DNA of 64,000 nt from NCBI GenBank assembly GCA_964016885.1, contig OZ024741.1, positions 118,730,001 through 118,794,000 of the forward strand, in the 5' to 3' direction. Made by a program: the position numbers and the translations under genes. This stretch comes from Eledone cirrhosa (lineage: Eukaryota). The stretch's first letter is position 1. Each line of letters opens with the position of its first letter. Shown piece by piece: positions 27,296 to 40,460 of the stretch. The notes under the pieces were generated by a model. The model worked only from the letters and a program-made list of their open reading frames with translations, made no database searches and was not told the origin of the DNA.

Positions 27296-27434
27296 ACGAT
27301 AGCAACTAACAGCGCTGCGATCGAATGTGGCTTTTTAGCCCAGCCAATGATCTAAAATGTCTTGCACAGAGTCGGCAACCAAAACATTCACTGGGAATAG
27401 TCGGCTGTGGTTGGAGTTCGTGTACTTTTGCATG
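27296..27434 (-). mobile_element. True 3' end of the same RTE LINE, in opposite orientation
   Basis: 27398-27434 is the reverse complement of 28586-28622. The minus strand continues HAKVHELQPQPTIPSECFGCRLCARHFRSLAGLKSHIRSQRC*. Confidence 0.85.
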
Positions 27435-28622
27435 GTGTTTACATCCGATATCGAACCTCAGGCAGCATATTTAACATCAGGCGCTTTGCTGCGAAGACAA
27501 AAGTATTTACATCAATCATAAGAGACCTCTTGTATGCAGATGATTGCGATCTTGTAGCGCACACAGAGAGTGATATGCAGCACATTTTGAATGCATTTTC
27601 TGACGCTTGCACTGCCCTAGGATTGACTGTCAGTCTCAAGAAAACCGTCGTCATGTACCAACCTGCCCCTGGTAAGCAGTACACTGAACCAAACATCTAT
27701 GTGTATGGCAAACGACTTGGAGCGGTTGATCAGTTTGTCTACCTGGGAAGCACTGTCAATCGATACAGCAACCTTGACAGTGAAATCTCACTTAGGATTA
27801 GGAAATCAAGTGATGCTTTCGGAAAGCTAGAAAGGCGATTCTGGGGTCGGCGAGACATATGCAGGAGGACAAAGGTAAAGGTGTACAGGGCATGTGTGCT
27901 CTCTTGTCTTCTTTATGCCTGCGAGACCTGGGTCACATATCGACACCACCTTAAGCAATTGGAGCGTTTCCATCAGATGTGTCTCAGACGGATCCATGGC
28001 CTTCACTGGAGGGACCACATCAGTGATGTCGAGATTTTGGAAAGCTCTATGTGTGACAGTATAGAAGCTCTTGTGCTTAAGCAACGACTCCGTTGGAGTG
28101 GTCACCTTGCCAGGATGAAGGATTCTAGAATACCAAAACAACTCTTTTATGGAGAGTTGGTTAAAGGGAAACGACCGCCACATAAACCAAAAAAGAGGTA
28201 TAAGGATTCCTTGAAAGCCTCTCTGAAAGACGCTAACATCTCTGCTGATACATGGGAAAATATTGCTGCTGATCGTAATAAATGGAGAAAGACTGTATAT
28301 GAGGGAAAAGTTGCCTTTGCGGCATCTCGAATCGCATACGAGAAAGTAAAATGGGATGTGAGGAAGGGCATTGCTGTTGCACTTCCAGACGGCGAGGGTC
28401 CTCCTATGGTGCTGACATGCAGCGTCTGTGCGAGACTCTGCCTAAGAAAAGCTGGACTCGAAAGTCATCTTCGCAGTCATAAAGTAAGACCAGTGGTTGA
28501 CTACCAGGCTGCTGTTGGAGATGATACTCATCATGCTTGCCAAACACGTGGTAGAGAATGTAAATCAGCAGGAGGGCTCAAGCGACATGCAAAAGTACAC
28601 GAACTCCAACCACAGCCGACTA
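27435..28622 (+). pseudogene. RTE-clade LINE ORF fragment: RT C-terminal half plus C2H2 zinc fingers, uninterrupted, 5'-truncated
   Basis: LLYADD RT motif, FVYLGS, LLYACETW, RLRWSGHLARM and CSVCARLC...LESHLRSH. The track ORF start at 27407 is an artefact of the inversion junction. Confidence 0.92.
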
Positions 28623-29094
28623 CATACATACATACATACATACATAACATGTATGTAATACTCTCCCTCCATGCATACACACGAAGTATTTATCACTATA
28701 TGTAAAAATAAAATATCCACACGACAGCCTACTACTAGGAGAGTATTATTGTGTAGACAAAGCAGTTAACATGTGGTTTAGGATCAGATGTCAGTTGAGT
28801 CAGTTATCTTTTCTTTTGAACGACAAATAGCTTTATGTCGTAAAATAAACGATGGCAGAGACGGTTAGTTAAGGAAAGCTGCCATGCGTGTCACGAGATT
28901 CACAAAACGTAACGCTACGACCTTGTTCTTTAATGACTATCACATGGTCTCTTGTTAGCACACAATTACAAACTCTCCCCTTTCTCACACACACAAACAT
29001 ACATACACTATTTGGAGTATTCAATGAAACGTAACATTTTAAAACTTTCTTTTTCTTTATGTATTCTTGTAACTTTTCTTCTTTATGCACTTTA

Positions 29095-29179
<85 letters not shown>

Positions 29180-29197
29180 GTGTGTGTGTATGCGTGT

Positions 29198-29242
<45 letters not shown>

Positions 29243-29679
29243 GAAAGATTTAGTCAGTAGAATTGGGTGATGTCCGCAGCTGGTTCCGCCACTTCTAAGT
29301 TTATCACGCCAGACAACACGTTGGGAGCTAGTTCGTGTTATAACTCTGCTAAATCACGGAACACTCACCAATTTGTCGGAAATAAATCACAAAATCATAT
29401 GTGTAATGCATTAAAAATGCGGTTTTTCCTTTTGACACTGAATAGGCTTTCGTCGAATTCAGTGATAAGCGTCCCAGTAGTTCTATTAACGGAACAGATT
29501 TCTTGTGAAATCAACATGTAAACAGCCGTGCAATCTATAGACGTGTTTCTTTCATGTAATTGTCGGGTAGATTCAGTGTGACAATATGACAAGGCTTGTT
29601 CTTTAAATTACATATGCAGTCAACAAGACGGGCTTCCAAACAGTTTCCATCTACCCAATTTCACTCACAAGACTTAGAG

Positions 29680-29995
29680 CAGATGTTCTCAAACCTTTTG
29701 GGCCACTGCTCCCCACCTCACGGCCACGTAATATCCTCAGCGCCTCCAACACTATTTACAGAGAGACCTACCTAGACGCAAATTGTAAATAATATATAAT
29801 AAATAATATAATATAATATATACTATGTATAAATAAATATATATTTTTTTATTTCACTATAGTTATATATAATATGTATCATTTGATATTTAATATACTA
29901 TTAAATCATCTCAACCGCCCCTTAGACCACAGCCCCCCACCCCTGGACCTTTTCAACGCCTCCGGGGGTGGTGGCGCCCACTTTGAGAACCTCTG
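29680..29995. mobile_element. hAT (Charlie-like) MITE inserted in a SINE
   Basis: TIRs CAGATGTTCTCAAA / TTTGAGAACCTCTG and an 8-bp TSD ACTTAGAG / ACTTAGAT. Confidence 0.85.
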
Positions 29996-30244
29996 ACTTA
30001 GATAGATCAAAGCTATGGTAAATGACACTTGTTCAAGATGTCACGCAGTGAGATCGAACCCGATGTCACATGATTACGAAGTGAACTTCTGAACCATTTG
30101 GCCATGCTGCATTCACATCTTTAATATAAAGATTACAAAACACACACATGCACACATCATATTTACGAGCAGAAAATCGCTCAGAAGTTGATGTTTCAGT
30201 TAGTTATTAACAAACATTTGAAGACATCTAAAAAAATCAGACAT

Positions 30245-30560
30245 CTCCTTCTTCGTCCACATATTCTTGGGAGGGTCGTGGGGAATTCTGTCAGAAGCAA
30301 CCGTCTCCATATGATCCAGCTGGATCTCCAAGCAAGACCTGTCGAGCTTATGGATGTTATCCAACCATCTTGCTCATAATCTACCCTTGGATGTCCTGCC
30401 AGTTGGTTTTACCCGAAAATCTGTCCAGCGATTCTTTCCTGAGACATTCTAACCACAAGTCCATAATATCGAGAAGTAGCGGCTCTACCTAGAGCTACTG
30501 TCTGATCTCCGAGCTACATACTCTATCGAGTAACATTACTCCAAAGATTCTTCGCGCGAA
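30245..30560 (-). mobile_element. Degenerate RTE-like LINE 3' fragment
   Basis: Minus-strand translation includes RIFGVMLLDRVCSSEIRQ...VEPLL. Confidence 0.5.
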
Positions 30561-30781
30561 AATCAGACTTACATACTTAAAAACGGACACAGTTGTAAGA
30601 AATGGACATATTTACCATCGTTGTTTATAGATTGTCAGTGAACGTATTTCAACAATCCTTAAAATTTTCCAAAATTTGCGTTGTGCACTGAGGGTAAATG
30701 TTTTTATTTCCGTAACAAAATCTTCATCGTTAAAGACAGTATGATATTGGTATGTTGAAGTTTTGGAGTGGGATGGGATCG

Positions 30782-30909
30782 TAGTGTTTAGCTAAACATT
30801 TTGATATTTTTTTTAAACGAAAATATTTAATAATATCTGAAAGTCACTTTCAGATATTATTAAATATTTTCGTTAAAAACAAAAACTCAAAATGTTTAGC
30901 TAAACACTA
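30782..30909. repeat. AT-rich palindrome (MITE-like), about 128 bp
   Basis: TAGTGTTTAGCTAAACATTTTGA...CTGAAAGT|C|ACTTTCAG...TCAAAATGTTTAGCTAAACACTA. Confidence 0.8.
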
Positions 30910-30959
30910 AACTTTAATTTAGTAAAAGAAAAAATAAGATAAGTTCCTTTTTAACAGGG

Positions 30960-31200
30960 TGTAAAGTCTGTAGCCAGTGTATGGATCGTTGTCGTGACAA
31001 AAGTTGGTGTTTATCTTCCGGCGCTCATCCTGCTGACGTGACCAAACCACTGTAGCCTGCATTGCCGGATTTGGTCTTCAATGGTCGGCTGCTGCTGGCA
31101 TTGTTCTCGGATGTTGTTAGAGATTCGGTCGCATGGAGACATCACATTTGGAGCACTTCGAGTTTGTTCAGGTCTTGTTTGCGGACGGTCCAGATCTCAG
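30960..31200 (-). mobile_element. RTE-like LINE fragment
   Basis: Minus-strand WTVRKQDLNKLEV...QPTIEDQIRQCRLQWFGHVSRM. Confidence 0.75.
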
Positions 31201-32279
31201 CGCTGTAGAAGAGGACATTTCAACTCCCGGACCTGCCCTATCTGAATGCCATCGAAATGCACAATGGCCAGCGAGCCATCTATTGTTAGAATTGACTCTA
31301 CTAATACCAACACTTGAATTTTTTAATCCGTGGTGCGAGTGTTGCCTGTTAACGAGATCTCGCTGTTTCTCAAATTATACATCGAGATTGAATATTTATC
31401 TGATGATCTCATTATTCATAATAATAGTTTCTGAATTAGGCACAAGACCAACAATTTTTGAGGGAGAGGAAAGTCGATTGAATCGTCCCCAGTACGTTAC
31501 GGACACTTTATTTTATCGATCCGTAAGGATGAAAGGCAAAGCTAACCTCGGCGGGATTTGAACTCAGAATATAAAGCGCCTTAACTATATGCCGCAAAGC
31601 ATAATGTCCAACGCTGTAACGATGCGTATTCTTCAGTAATAATAATAAAAAAAAGATTCTTTAAATATTCTTTAAAATAAAAATAAAAATGAAATTGACT
31701 ATGGCATTAGGCAAAATGATTCGCAGCATTTGTTCTTTACATTGTGAGTTGAAATCCCACCGAGGTCAACTTTACTTTCTATCCATCAGGCGTCGATAAA
31801 ATAAAGTACCAGTCATGTACTGAGGTTGATATAATCGCCTTTTTCCCCCGGCCTTGCAAATTAGAGTTGTTAGAGTGTCAGTAAATTGCTTAGTAGCATT
31901 TGTTCCGTTTTCTTTGTTCTGAGTTCAAATCCTGCCGAGGTCAACTTCATCTTTGATCCTTCTGAAATCGATTAAAATAAAGTACCAGTCAAGTTCTGGT
32001 GTCGATATAATCGACTTTCTCTTCTTCACACATTACTGGCCAAGTTCCTAAATTTAAAATCATTATTTTGTGACATTATCTACAAAAAAAAAAAAAAAAA
32101 ATTCTATTTTGATTTCAATGTGTTGCTAAAATAAAATAGATTAGATTGTAATTCGAATATATCGACCTTTCTGTCTTTCTACTTTGAGACGAAATTTAAA
32201 TTAATTAATAATTAAATATAATTAATGAAGCTATATTATATTTTTCTCAGGGAAAATTTTGATTTCGAAAATATCAACC

Positions 32280-32400
32280 TGAATTTGTATGGAGGCCTTA
32301 AATTGGTCACAGTTTGTATGAAGGCTTTAAATTGGACATAATTTGCATGGAGGCATAAATTGGACATAATTTTTACGGGGGCCTTACATTGGACATAATT
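32280..32400. repeat. Approximately 28-bp tandem repeat, 4 copies
   Basis: Unit ATTTGTATGGAGGCCTTAAATTGGACATA-like. Confidence 0.8.
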
Positions 32401-32711
32401 CGGATAATTTCGGTTGTCCTATAGATCGAAATTTTAATCGGGCATACGGGGTTAAAAGACGGAATTAAGTGTCCGAAATCTACCCTATGTGACAACCCTG
32501 CCCATAGGTATTATCACTTTCTACTTCACTTGATGGGATGATCTGACGAGTCCAGGTGAAAGACAAGAAAACCTTTGAAGGGCTACATGTCTTTTTTACC
32601 TTCTGTAAAATACTTCAAAGTAAGGAGGGTGTGATTCTTTTTTTAGATAGCTCTATTCACGAACCCCCTTTCCTGACACTTCAGACTCTGGACCAATGTA
32701 CCGTTGATACC

Positions 32712-32859
<148 letters not shown>

Positions 32860-32964
32860 AAATGTCTCCCGAAAATGTTTACGGAATTTATTTTAATGCA
32901 TTTTCTTTTTGCTTTTCAAGTGCGTATACATTTTTTAGATACTCAACTATATATATATATATAT

Positions 32965-35100
32965 TTATTTATTAAAATAACAGATTAAAGTTTAAGCAAA
33001 GAATCGCTGCTTTCACCCTTAACGGGATCTTCTGAAACTAACAAAGTCAATCTGTGAACACAGAAGTGAATATTTCAAAAAACGTTGCAACCGGAGGGAG
33101 ACAGGAAGACGATACTTTGGTTCGTGGAAACGTTCCCTGGCAAAGAACAGGAAAAAACGAATATAATACGTCATTATTTGGAGCGGTGAAAAACAATTAC
33201 ACGCAAAGACAAAACCACGTTTATGGTATAAAAGAAGTCGTAGACTAATATTCTATTAGGTGGTTCATAGAGACGTTCTCTGGCAATGAACGGAAAAAAC
33301 GAAAAAAATACGTCATATATGGAGCGGGGAGAACAAATGCACGCAAAGACAAAACCACGTAAATGGTATAACTGAAGTCGTAGACTAGAATTCTAACTAG
33401 GAAACCGAATGATTCTCGGTTTCAGAGTTAAGAATAAAGTAAATAAAATACAGAGGTAATTGAAATTAAATAAATACATACACGCATCCATAAATGTACA
33501 TACACAAGCATATGCGAAAACACGCACGATAGGTAGACAAATACACGCACGTACACCCCCCCCCCCAAAAAAAAAACCCCGCACGCACATACAGACCCAC
33601 GCAACGCCTGTACCCGCACGCATACGAATGTATACGCCAAATACACATAAAAATATATATAAAATATATATATATATATATGTGTGTGTGTGCGTGTATA
33701 CATATAATTAAATAAACGTATATAAATAAATACGTATATAACAAGCGCACACACATACCTACATGTAAATACACATATGTTCGGAGACGTACGTCGACCA
33801 AAACACAAAGTACACATATACACACACCCTACATACGTACGAACCCGCATACTCACACAGACGCAAAACTCACGTATACACATAACCATAAGCATATGTA
33901 CCAGAATATATAATATATACGCCATAACATATACAATCAAATATACGTACGAGAAAGTATACGTACCTTCACAAAACATACAGGTAATATATACTTACCT
34001 ATACAAATAAGTAATGGTATAAACATAACATATACTTAGCTACCACATCAAGACGTAAAATATCCGCGTATAGTTCGTACTATCCGTTAGGGTATAATGT
34101 GGGGCTGTAATACAGGAAAGTTTTGTGCAATTTATGTTTGCAAGCCGAAATTGCCTCAGATTTTTTGTTTAAGATGTGGTCTGTGGCGTAGAGTATTTCC
34201 AGGGCCTCAGCGGCGCAGAGGTCACATGGTCTTTTATTTCCGTTATACGATCTAGCCCTAGCTAGGATCTCCCAGTGTAACTTATATTGGGTGTGGTTGT
34301 CTTTTAGACTCCAGATATAAGCTGAAAGTGACGTCATATTCCTTCTTAAAGGGTTACGAAAAGAATGAGTATGCATGTAAAGACGCTGCTTGAATCTAAG
34401 ATTAGATTTTTTTTTGGGGGGGGGGGGTTGTGTACGTGCGTGTATTTGTATACCTATGGTGAGTGTTTTCGCGTATGCTTGTGTATGTACGTTTATGGAT
34501 ACGTGTATGTATTTATTTAATTTCAATTACCTCTGTATTTTATTTACTTTATTCTTAACTCAGAAACCGATAATCATTCGGTTTCCTAGTTAGAATTCTA
34601 GTCTACGACTTCAGCTATACCATTTACGTGGTTTTGTCTTTGCGTGCAATTGTTCTCCCCGCTCCACATATGACGTATTTTCTTCGTTTTTTCCGTTCAT
34701 AGCCAGAGAACGCCTCTATGAACCACCTAATAGAATATTAGTCTACGACTTCTTTTATACCATAAACGTGGTTTTGTCTTTGCGTGTAATTGTTTTTCAC
34801 CTCTCCAAATAATGACGTATTATATTCGTTTTTTCCCGTTTTTTGCCAGGGAACGTTTCCACCAACCAAAGTATCGTCTTCCTGTCTTCCTTCGGTTGCA
34901 ACGTTTTTTGAAATATTCACTTCCTCGTTCACAGATTGACTTTGTTAGTTTCAGAAGATCCCGTTAGGGGTGAAAGCAGCGACTCTTTGCTTAAACTTTA
35001 ATTTGTTATTTTAATATTTGCTCTACCGTTCTTATATATTTGATATATATTTATCCTTATCGAGCTCTCTTTGGATTTTAGTCTTCAAATTTATTATTAT

Positions 35101-35103
<3 letters not shown>
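32965..35103. mobile_element. Penelope-like element with inverted pseudo-LTRs flanking an endonuclease fragment, inserted in (TA)n
   Basis: 32973-33575 is inverted against about 34405-35015, with an HHR on both arms. The GIY-YIG C-terminus lies between them. Confidence 0.85.
34080..34400 (-). pseudogene. PLE GIY-YIG endonuclease, C-terminal part
   Basis: FKQRLYMHTHSFRNP...TSLSAYIWSLKD...LHWEILA...CDLCAAEALEILY...ILNKKSEAISACKHK. Confidence 0.85.
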
Positions 35104-35147
<44 letters not shown>

Positions 35148-35757
35148 CGTAGTTAGTAGAGGTGCAAATGAATTGCGTTTACAGGCGGTATGCCAAGATG
35201 AGAACTCGATGCTCTTGGGGAGCAGAGTATCAATAATAATAATGATAAATGGGAACAAAGAATCAGTGTTGCATCATATACATATTTAATTACATATTAC
35301 ATATGAATGATGAAACAATTTCGTCTAGTACCGTGTGCAAAGACTGAAAGCAAGAGATTGATCTGTCCACCTTGCTTTTACTCTTTGCACACGGTACTAG
35401 ACGAAATTCTTTCATCATTCATATGCTGGGGCAGTTTTGTATGGCGCCAGTTTGTATTTTGAACTCGGGAATTTTATATTCCCCGAGAGAGAAAAGCCTT
35501 CTGACGAGGATCTCTTTCTCAATGTATATCCGCTTGGATTATCCATTTGTTTTGGGATCTGAAACCGTGGTAAAGGATAATATAGTAAGTACAGTGAATT
35601 TTTTGAAATTTATTTCAACATCTTTTCTTTATTTGCTTTTCCTTGATTTTATATGTTCTGGCTTGTTAATAAACTTACCATTGAACCACACTGGCATACG
35701 GTCGGACTATACTTGTATCCCTATGGGTATTATTTACATGTAGGAACAAATACTTTT

Positions 35758-35796
<39 letters not shown>

Positions 35797-35913
35797 TGAG
35801 GTGAAACCGGTCCTAGCATTGATAACTATGCTGAGTCCGTCAACTTCTTATTTCTTATATATATATATTGAAATTAGAATTGGTGCTCTGAAATAGCGAT
35901 ATATATATATATA

Positions 35914-35968
<55 letters not shown>

Positions 35969-36262
35969 CTTGTGTATAACAATACTTTTATTCTCTCTCT
36001 CTCTCTCTCCAGTCGGTCAAGACAGTCATATAATACGAGTGAAGGCCGCTTATGTAAATTCTATGTAGAGCTAAATAGAAGTACTTTTAAAGTTCTTTCA
36101 AACATCTATTGTATCCTTTGATAACTTTGTTGAATGTTAAATATCACGATGTCCTCTTTCTTTCACATAGCATCACTGCGATCACTGAGAAACAATACCT
36201 ATCGGAAAACGTTATTAATATGTCTGTATATAGCAAAGTTATTGACCCGTGATCTTGATCAC

Positions 36263-36305
<43 letters not shown>

Positions 36306-36332
36306 GCATGTATTACATCTACATGTATGTGT

Positions 36333-36363
<31 letters not shown>

Positions 36364-36933
36364 ATATACCCCCCACCCACACATACATTTCGTTGTTCTC
36401 TCGTTTGGAACGTTTAGAATGGATCTCCGTCGAGTTGGTTTCGACGATGAGTGTTCCAGCCAGCTTTTCGATCAACGATACAGCCTGCTCACGGAATTAA
36501 CGTGTAAGTGGCTGAGCACTCCACAGGCTTGCCCACACTTAGCTTAATTCGCAAGGAGATTCAGTATGACAGTGAAAAAGTTATCCCTTTGAAATAGAGG
36601 TACAGTCCACCAGGGGGCTTCCAAACAGTTTCCCTGGTCTACGACACGTGCCCAAGATGCCTCAACGTGGGATCGAACCAACCGGGGGTCTAATGACAGC
36701 AAGAGGAACTTCTTAACCATTTAGACACGTTGCGTCCACGTGGGATGTTCAGAGAACGTTTACAAAAACTGAAACTTAAATAGCCGTGGTGTTATTCTTA
36801 CAAGAAAGCATTCATGTTAGGTTATTGTTCCAAGCGGTAATCATTGAAAGTTTATCAACCAGAATAGATAGAAAACGTAATCATTGTTTTACAAATAATC
36901 TAGAATTATTGGAGTCCGGCTAATAAAATGTTT

Positions 36934-36949
36934 ATACTACTACTACTAT

Positions 36950-37024
<75 letters not shown>

Positions 37025-37083
37025 GCCGTCGCCGTCGCCGCCGTCGTCGTCTTCTTCTTCTTCTTCTTCTTCTTCTTCTTCTT
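36934..37083. repeat. Compound trinucleotide repeat (CTA)n(CGT)n(CGC)n(CTT)n
   Basis: Directly visible. Confidence 0.95.
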
Positions 37084-37327
37084 GTAGCTGTGGTGATGGA
37101 CTGGCAGAATCGTTACAGCTTTGTAGAATTTAGTTATGTCCCTTTGATATCTACGTTCGAATGCCGCCGATGTTAACTTTTGCAGTGTCAATAAAATAAA
37201 GTACCATTGGTGCTCTGGTGTCGATTCAATAGACTTCCCTAATCCCTTCAAATTTTTGGCATTTTGTCAAATCTAGAAACAATTATTATTATAGCATAAT
37301 ACAGAGCGGTGGATTGGCAATATCAAG

Positions 37328-37393
37328 GCAGGGAGTACGTTGCTCTGAGGAACACCTACAGTGGGAAACAGAATCTGTCAGCATCTCTCCCTT
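37328..37393 (+). ncRNA. Extended type I hammerhead with C3-G8 core, relative of the U3-A8 family
   Basis: GGGAG..TGCT CTGAGGA A CAC-CTACA-GTG G GAA ACAG-AAT-CTGT C AGCA..CTCCC. The downstream tail 37425-37515 is homologous to 20308-20390. Confidence 0.75.
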
Positions 37394-38020
37394 CTTTGCC
37401 GAAAAAAAAAGAAGTAATTGACATAGTCACTACTTTAAAATGATAGCGCAAGGTCTTCAAAATGTTTTTAATTAAACATACGGTATATTGCTAAATATAC
37501 TATGCATACATTCATATATATAGCAGTCGAAACGGCTTGAGCTCTGCCGTCGGGGTCTTGAACTTTTTCCTATACACACACATATATATATACGTGTGTG
37601 TGTGTGTGAGTGAGTGTCAATGACCAAAGGTCATTATTGGGCGTGGATTGGCAGTATCGGTAGAGAGTTGGACGCCATGCTTTCCAGCATAGAGTTACGT
37701 CCCTTTACGGACTGAGTTCAAATCTCGCCGAGGTTAACTTTGCCTTTCATCCTTACGGGGTCGATAAAACAAAGTACCAGTAATGTACTGGTAATTGCTG
37801 GCCTTGTGCCCAAAGTAGAAACAAATATTGAAAGTCTCTGGATTTCGCAAAATACGTATTTTTTGTTTCCACTTACATATTTTTTGAAAATGTTATTTAT
37901 TCATTATAAAAATCAAATAATAGCATTCTATATGTAGGTGAGCCCCTTCATCTCCTGGAAACCAATATTTTTAGACCCAGTTCACCACTGTATATAAATA
38001 TACATATATATATATATATT

Positions 38021-38065
<45 letters not shown>

Positions 38066-38067
<2 letters not shown>

Positions 38068-38673
38068 TGGCTGCCAACTCGTTTTCGAGTACGGCCACTA
38101 CTTTATATCCAAGTAGGAGAACCCCTACCGATGCGCTGAACGAGTGTGACTTTTTAGTCCAGCCAGCGACTTCAAAACTCTGGTATAAACACTACACTTG
38201 TGACAATTATTGACACATAGTGCTGGGCCCATGGTACCATGTGACGACAAGGGCAGAGAGATCTTCAGATATAAAGCAATGCCTGTGCCATGAAGCTTTT
38301 ATAGTGAGCAAAGGCACTGCACAAAGCCAGTCCCACTCTCTTAACCAAGATGATATTTACCAAAAAGAAGAACAAGTCAACATCATTGGAAACCATCAGG
38401 GTTGCAGGTGTTATATCAGAGTTTTCCTTCTCCTAGAATTCTGCCTTGACAAAGGCTAAGGGGTCATCTCTCCCGGTGATTTTGGATGGCCATTGACTCT
38501 TAAGAGCTCCTTTGCCCTTTGACAGGTTTTGTTTTTAATCCTGAAGGATGTCCAAAGTCACCCTCCTCACAAAGAAACCTTGGTGGGGTTGCCAGTTTAG
38601 TCGCCAACGACCCGACCATGAGACAGGTTGTACTGGCATACATGTTACCAGTAGCACCAACTGGTGACCTGAC
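38066..38673 (-). mobile_element. Approximately 605-bp RTE-related non-autonomous retroelement
   Basis: Near-identical to 45326-45930, 46024-46562 and 47448-48055. The 3' part encodes an RTE-type zinc finger and ends in a stem-loop plus GCAGCCACC. Confidence 0.85.
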
Positions 38674-38702
38674 ATAATATATACATACATACATACATAC
38701 AT

Positions 38703-38800
<98 letters not shown>

Positions 38801-39289
38801 GTTTCTACTTTTGGCACAAGGCCAGCAGTTATCCCAGTACATTACTGGTACTTTATTTTATCGACCCCGTAAGGATGAAAGGCAAAGTCAACCTCGGCGG
38901 GATTTGAACTCAGACCATAAAGGAGCGTAACTCTATGCTGCAAAGCATGGCGTCCTACCTTCTAGTGATACTATAATGCCAATCATTGTAAGCTTGAATC
39001 TAACTGACATGCAAAAACATATATATATGAATAAGGTAATCCCAAATCATAGTAGATTCAAATATCACAGAGAGAAAGACAGAGAGGGGGGGGGGGGGAT
39101 GAGGTGCAACAGAAATGAAATATTGATTATAGATTAAAATATAGTCAAGATACTAGACTATATTTAGATGAGAAGCAAAACGAGGATTCATTTTATGGAA
39201 CGCTCAAATTATTTAGAAGTCGACCTTAAGTAGCCGCAATAACATTAAGAAAGACATGAACGACACCACATCATTTTGTATTGAAAATT

Positions 39290-39590
39290 TTGAAAGTAGG
39301 TTTATAATTTTCTTAACTTTTTAGTAGCTGTCTCAGTGGACTAGCGGTAGGTACTAGAGACGGTAGAGATCCTGGTCTTTGGTTCAATCCTGGTCGAGAG
39401 GTACAAGTAATCATTTTCAGTTTTTATTTTAAAACCCATAGAAAAAACTGAAAAGGTTTACCGGGAACCCTACTCCCGACCAAAATAGAACTTCAGACCA
39501 GGATCACCACCGTCTATGATTCCTCCAGCTAGGCCGCTGAGACAACTACAAAAGTATAATGAAAATTAATAATTATAAACCTACTTTCTA
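39290..39590. repeat. Imperfect palindrome of about 300 bp with tRNA-like arms
   Basis: GAAAGTAGGTTTATAATT...AATTATAAACCTACTTTC. The left arm has TAGCGGTAGG and GGTTCAATCC box-like motifs. Confidence 0.65.
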
Positions 39591-39739
39591 AAAGCAGCGA
39601 TTCTTTGCTTAAACTTTAATCTGTTATTTTAATAAATATTTGCTCTAGGGTTCTTATATATTTTATATATATTTATCCTTATCGAGCCCTCTTTGGATTT
39701 TAGTCTTCACATTTATTATTATTATTATATATATATATA

Positions 39740-39793
<54 letters not shown>

Positions 39794-39894
39794 TGTATAT
39801 AATTATTATAAAGAACGAGTATTCAGTGTTGCATCATATCACATTTATTAACATATTACATATGTTTCTCTATCGATCAGCTCGAGGCAAGATC

Positions 39895-40460
39895 TATTAG
39901 AGATAGAACCCGGAGACGATTTTACACACTGGACTATTGCTCTCATCTGTGTCAAACTAACTGCAGAACTTGAAGCAATATAACGAAGCTATACCAAGTG
40001 GACTACTCCAATGAAAGAGGTGAGCTACTGGGTGAGGCTGAAAAAACTAAAGCTTTATTTCCTGGAGCAAAGACGAGAGAGATACGCAGTGATATAGGTA
40101 TGGTTAGCGCCAAACATGGGAATTGAAGGCAGGACCAGCCCAAGACAGGGCGCCACTGTAGTGCCAGGGGTCTCATTCGTCGCACCAAGAATAAGGATAC
40201 ATACGGCAATAGACTGGGATTCAAGGAACCCCAGATTTTTAATAAGCTACCAAAAAATCTGAGATGTTTTCAAGAAACATCTCTACATCCTGCTGACCAA
40301 GACCCCATATAAACCCACAGGACGAGGCAAAGCGCAAATAAGGGTGGCAGCAATAAACTCCCTTTTGCATCAATGACCAGGGAAAGCTGACTATGGAAAT
40401 TGTAGCGTCAATGGCGGTGCCCTATCATGGCTTTAGACTGTCGGCTGGATCACGTAATGG
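39895..40460 (+). mobile_element. CR1-like LINE 3' fragment
   Basis: YWVRLKKLKLYFLEQRRERYAVI; 3' UTR homologous to about 690-795. Confidence 0.75.

Noticed and set aside
27407-28705. 432-aa ORF as an intact gene
   Set aside because: It is chimeric: the start comes from the inverted 3' segment and the end from the (TACA)n tract, and the RT N-terminus and endonuclease are missing.
32545-32572. CTGACGA GTC..GAC hammerhead candidate
   Set aside because: GAAA is displaced (GACAAGAAAAC) and there is no convincing helix I or III.
35797-35818. GAAAC-CG-GTC hammerhead 3' half
   Set aside because: Too short to call; the 5' half is replaced by (TA)n.
36928-37176. Poly-Leu/poly-Arg membrane peptide ORF
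   Set aside because: It is a trinucleotide microsatellite translation.
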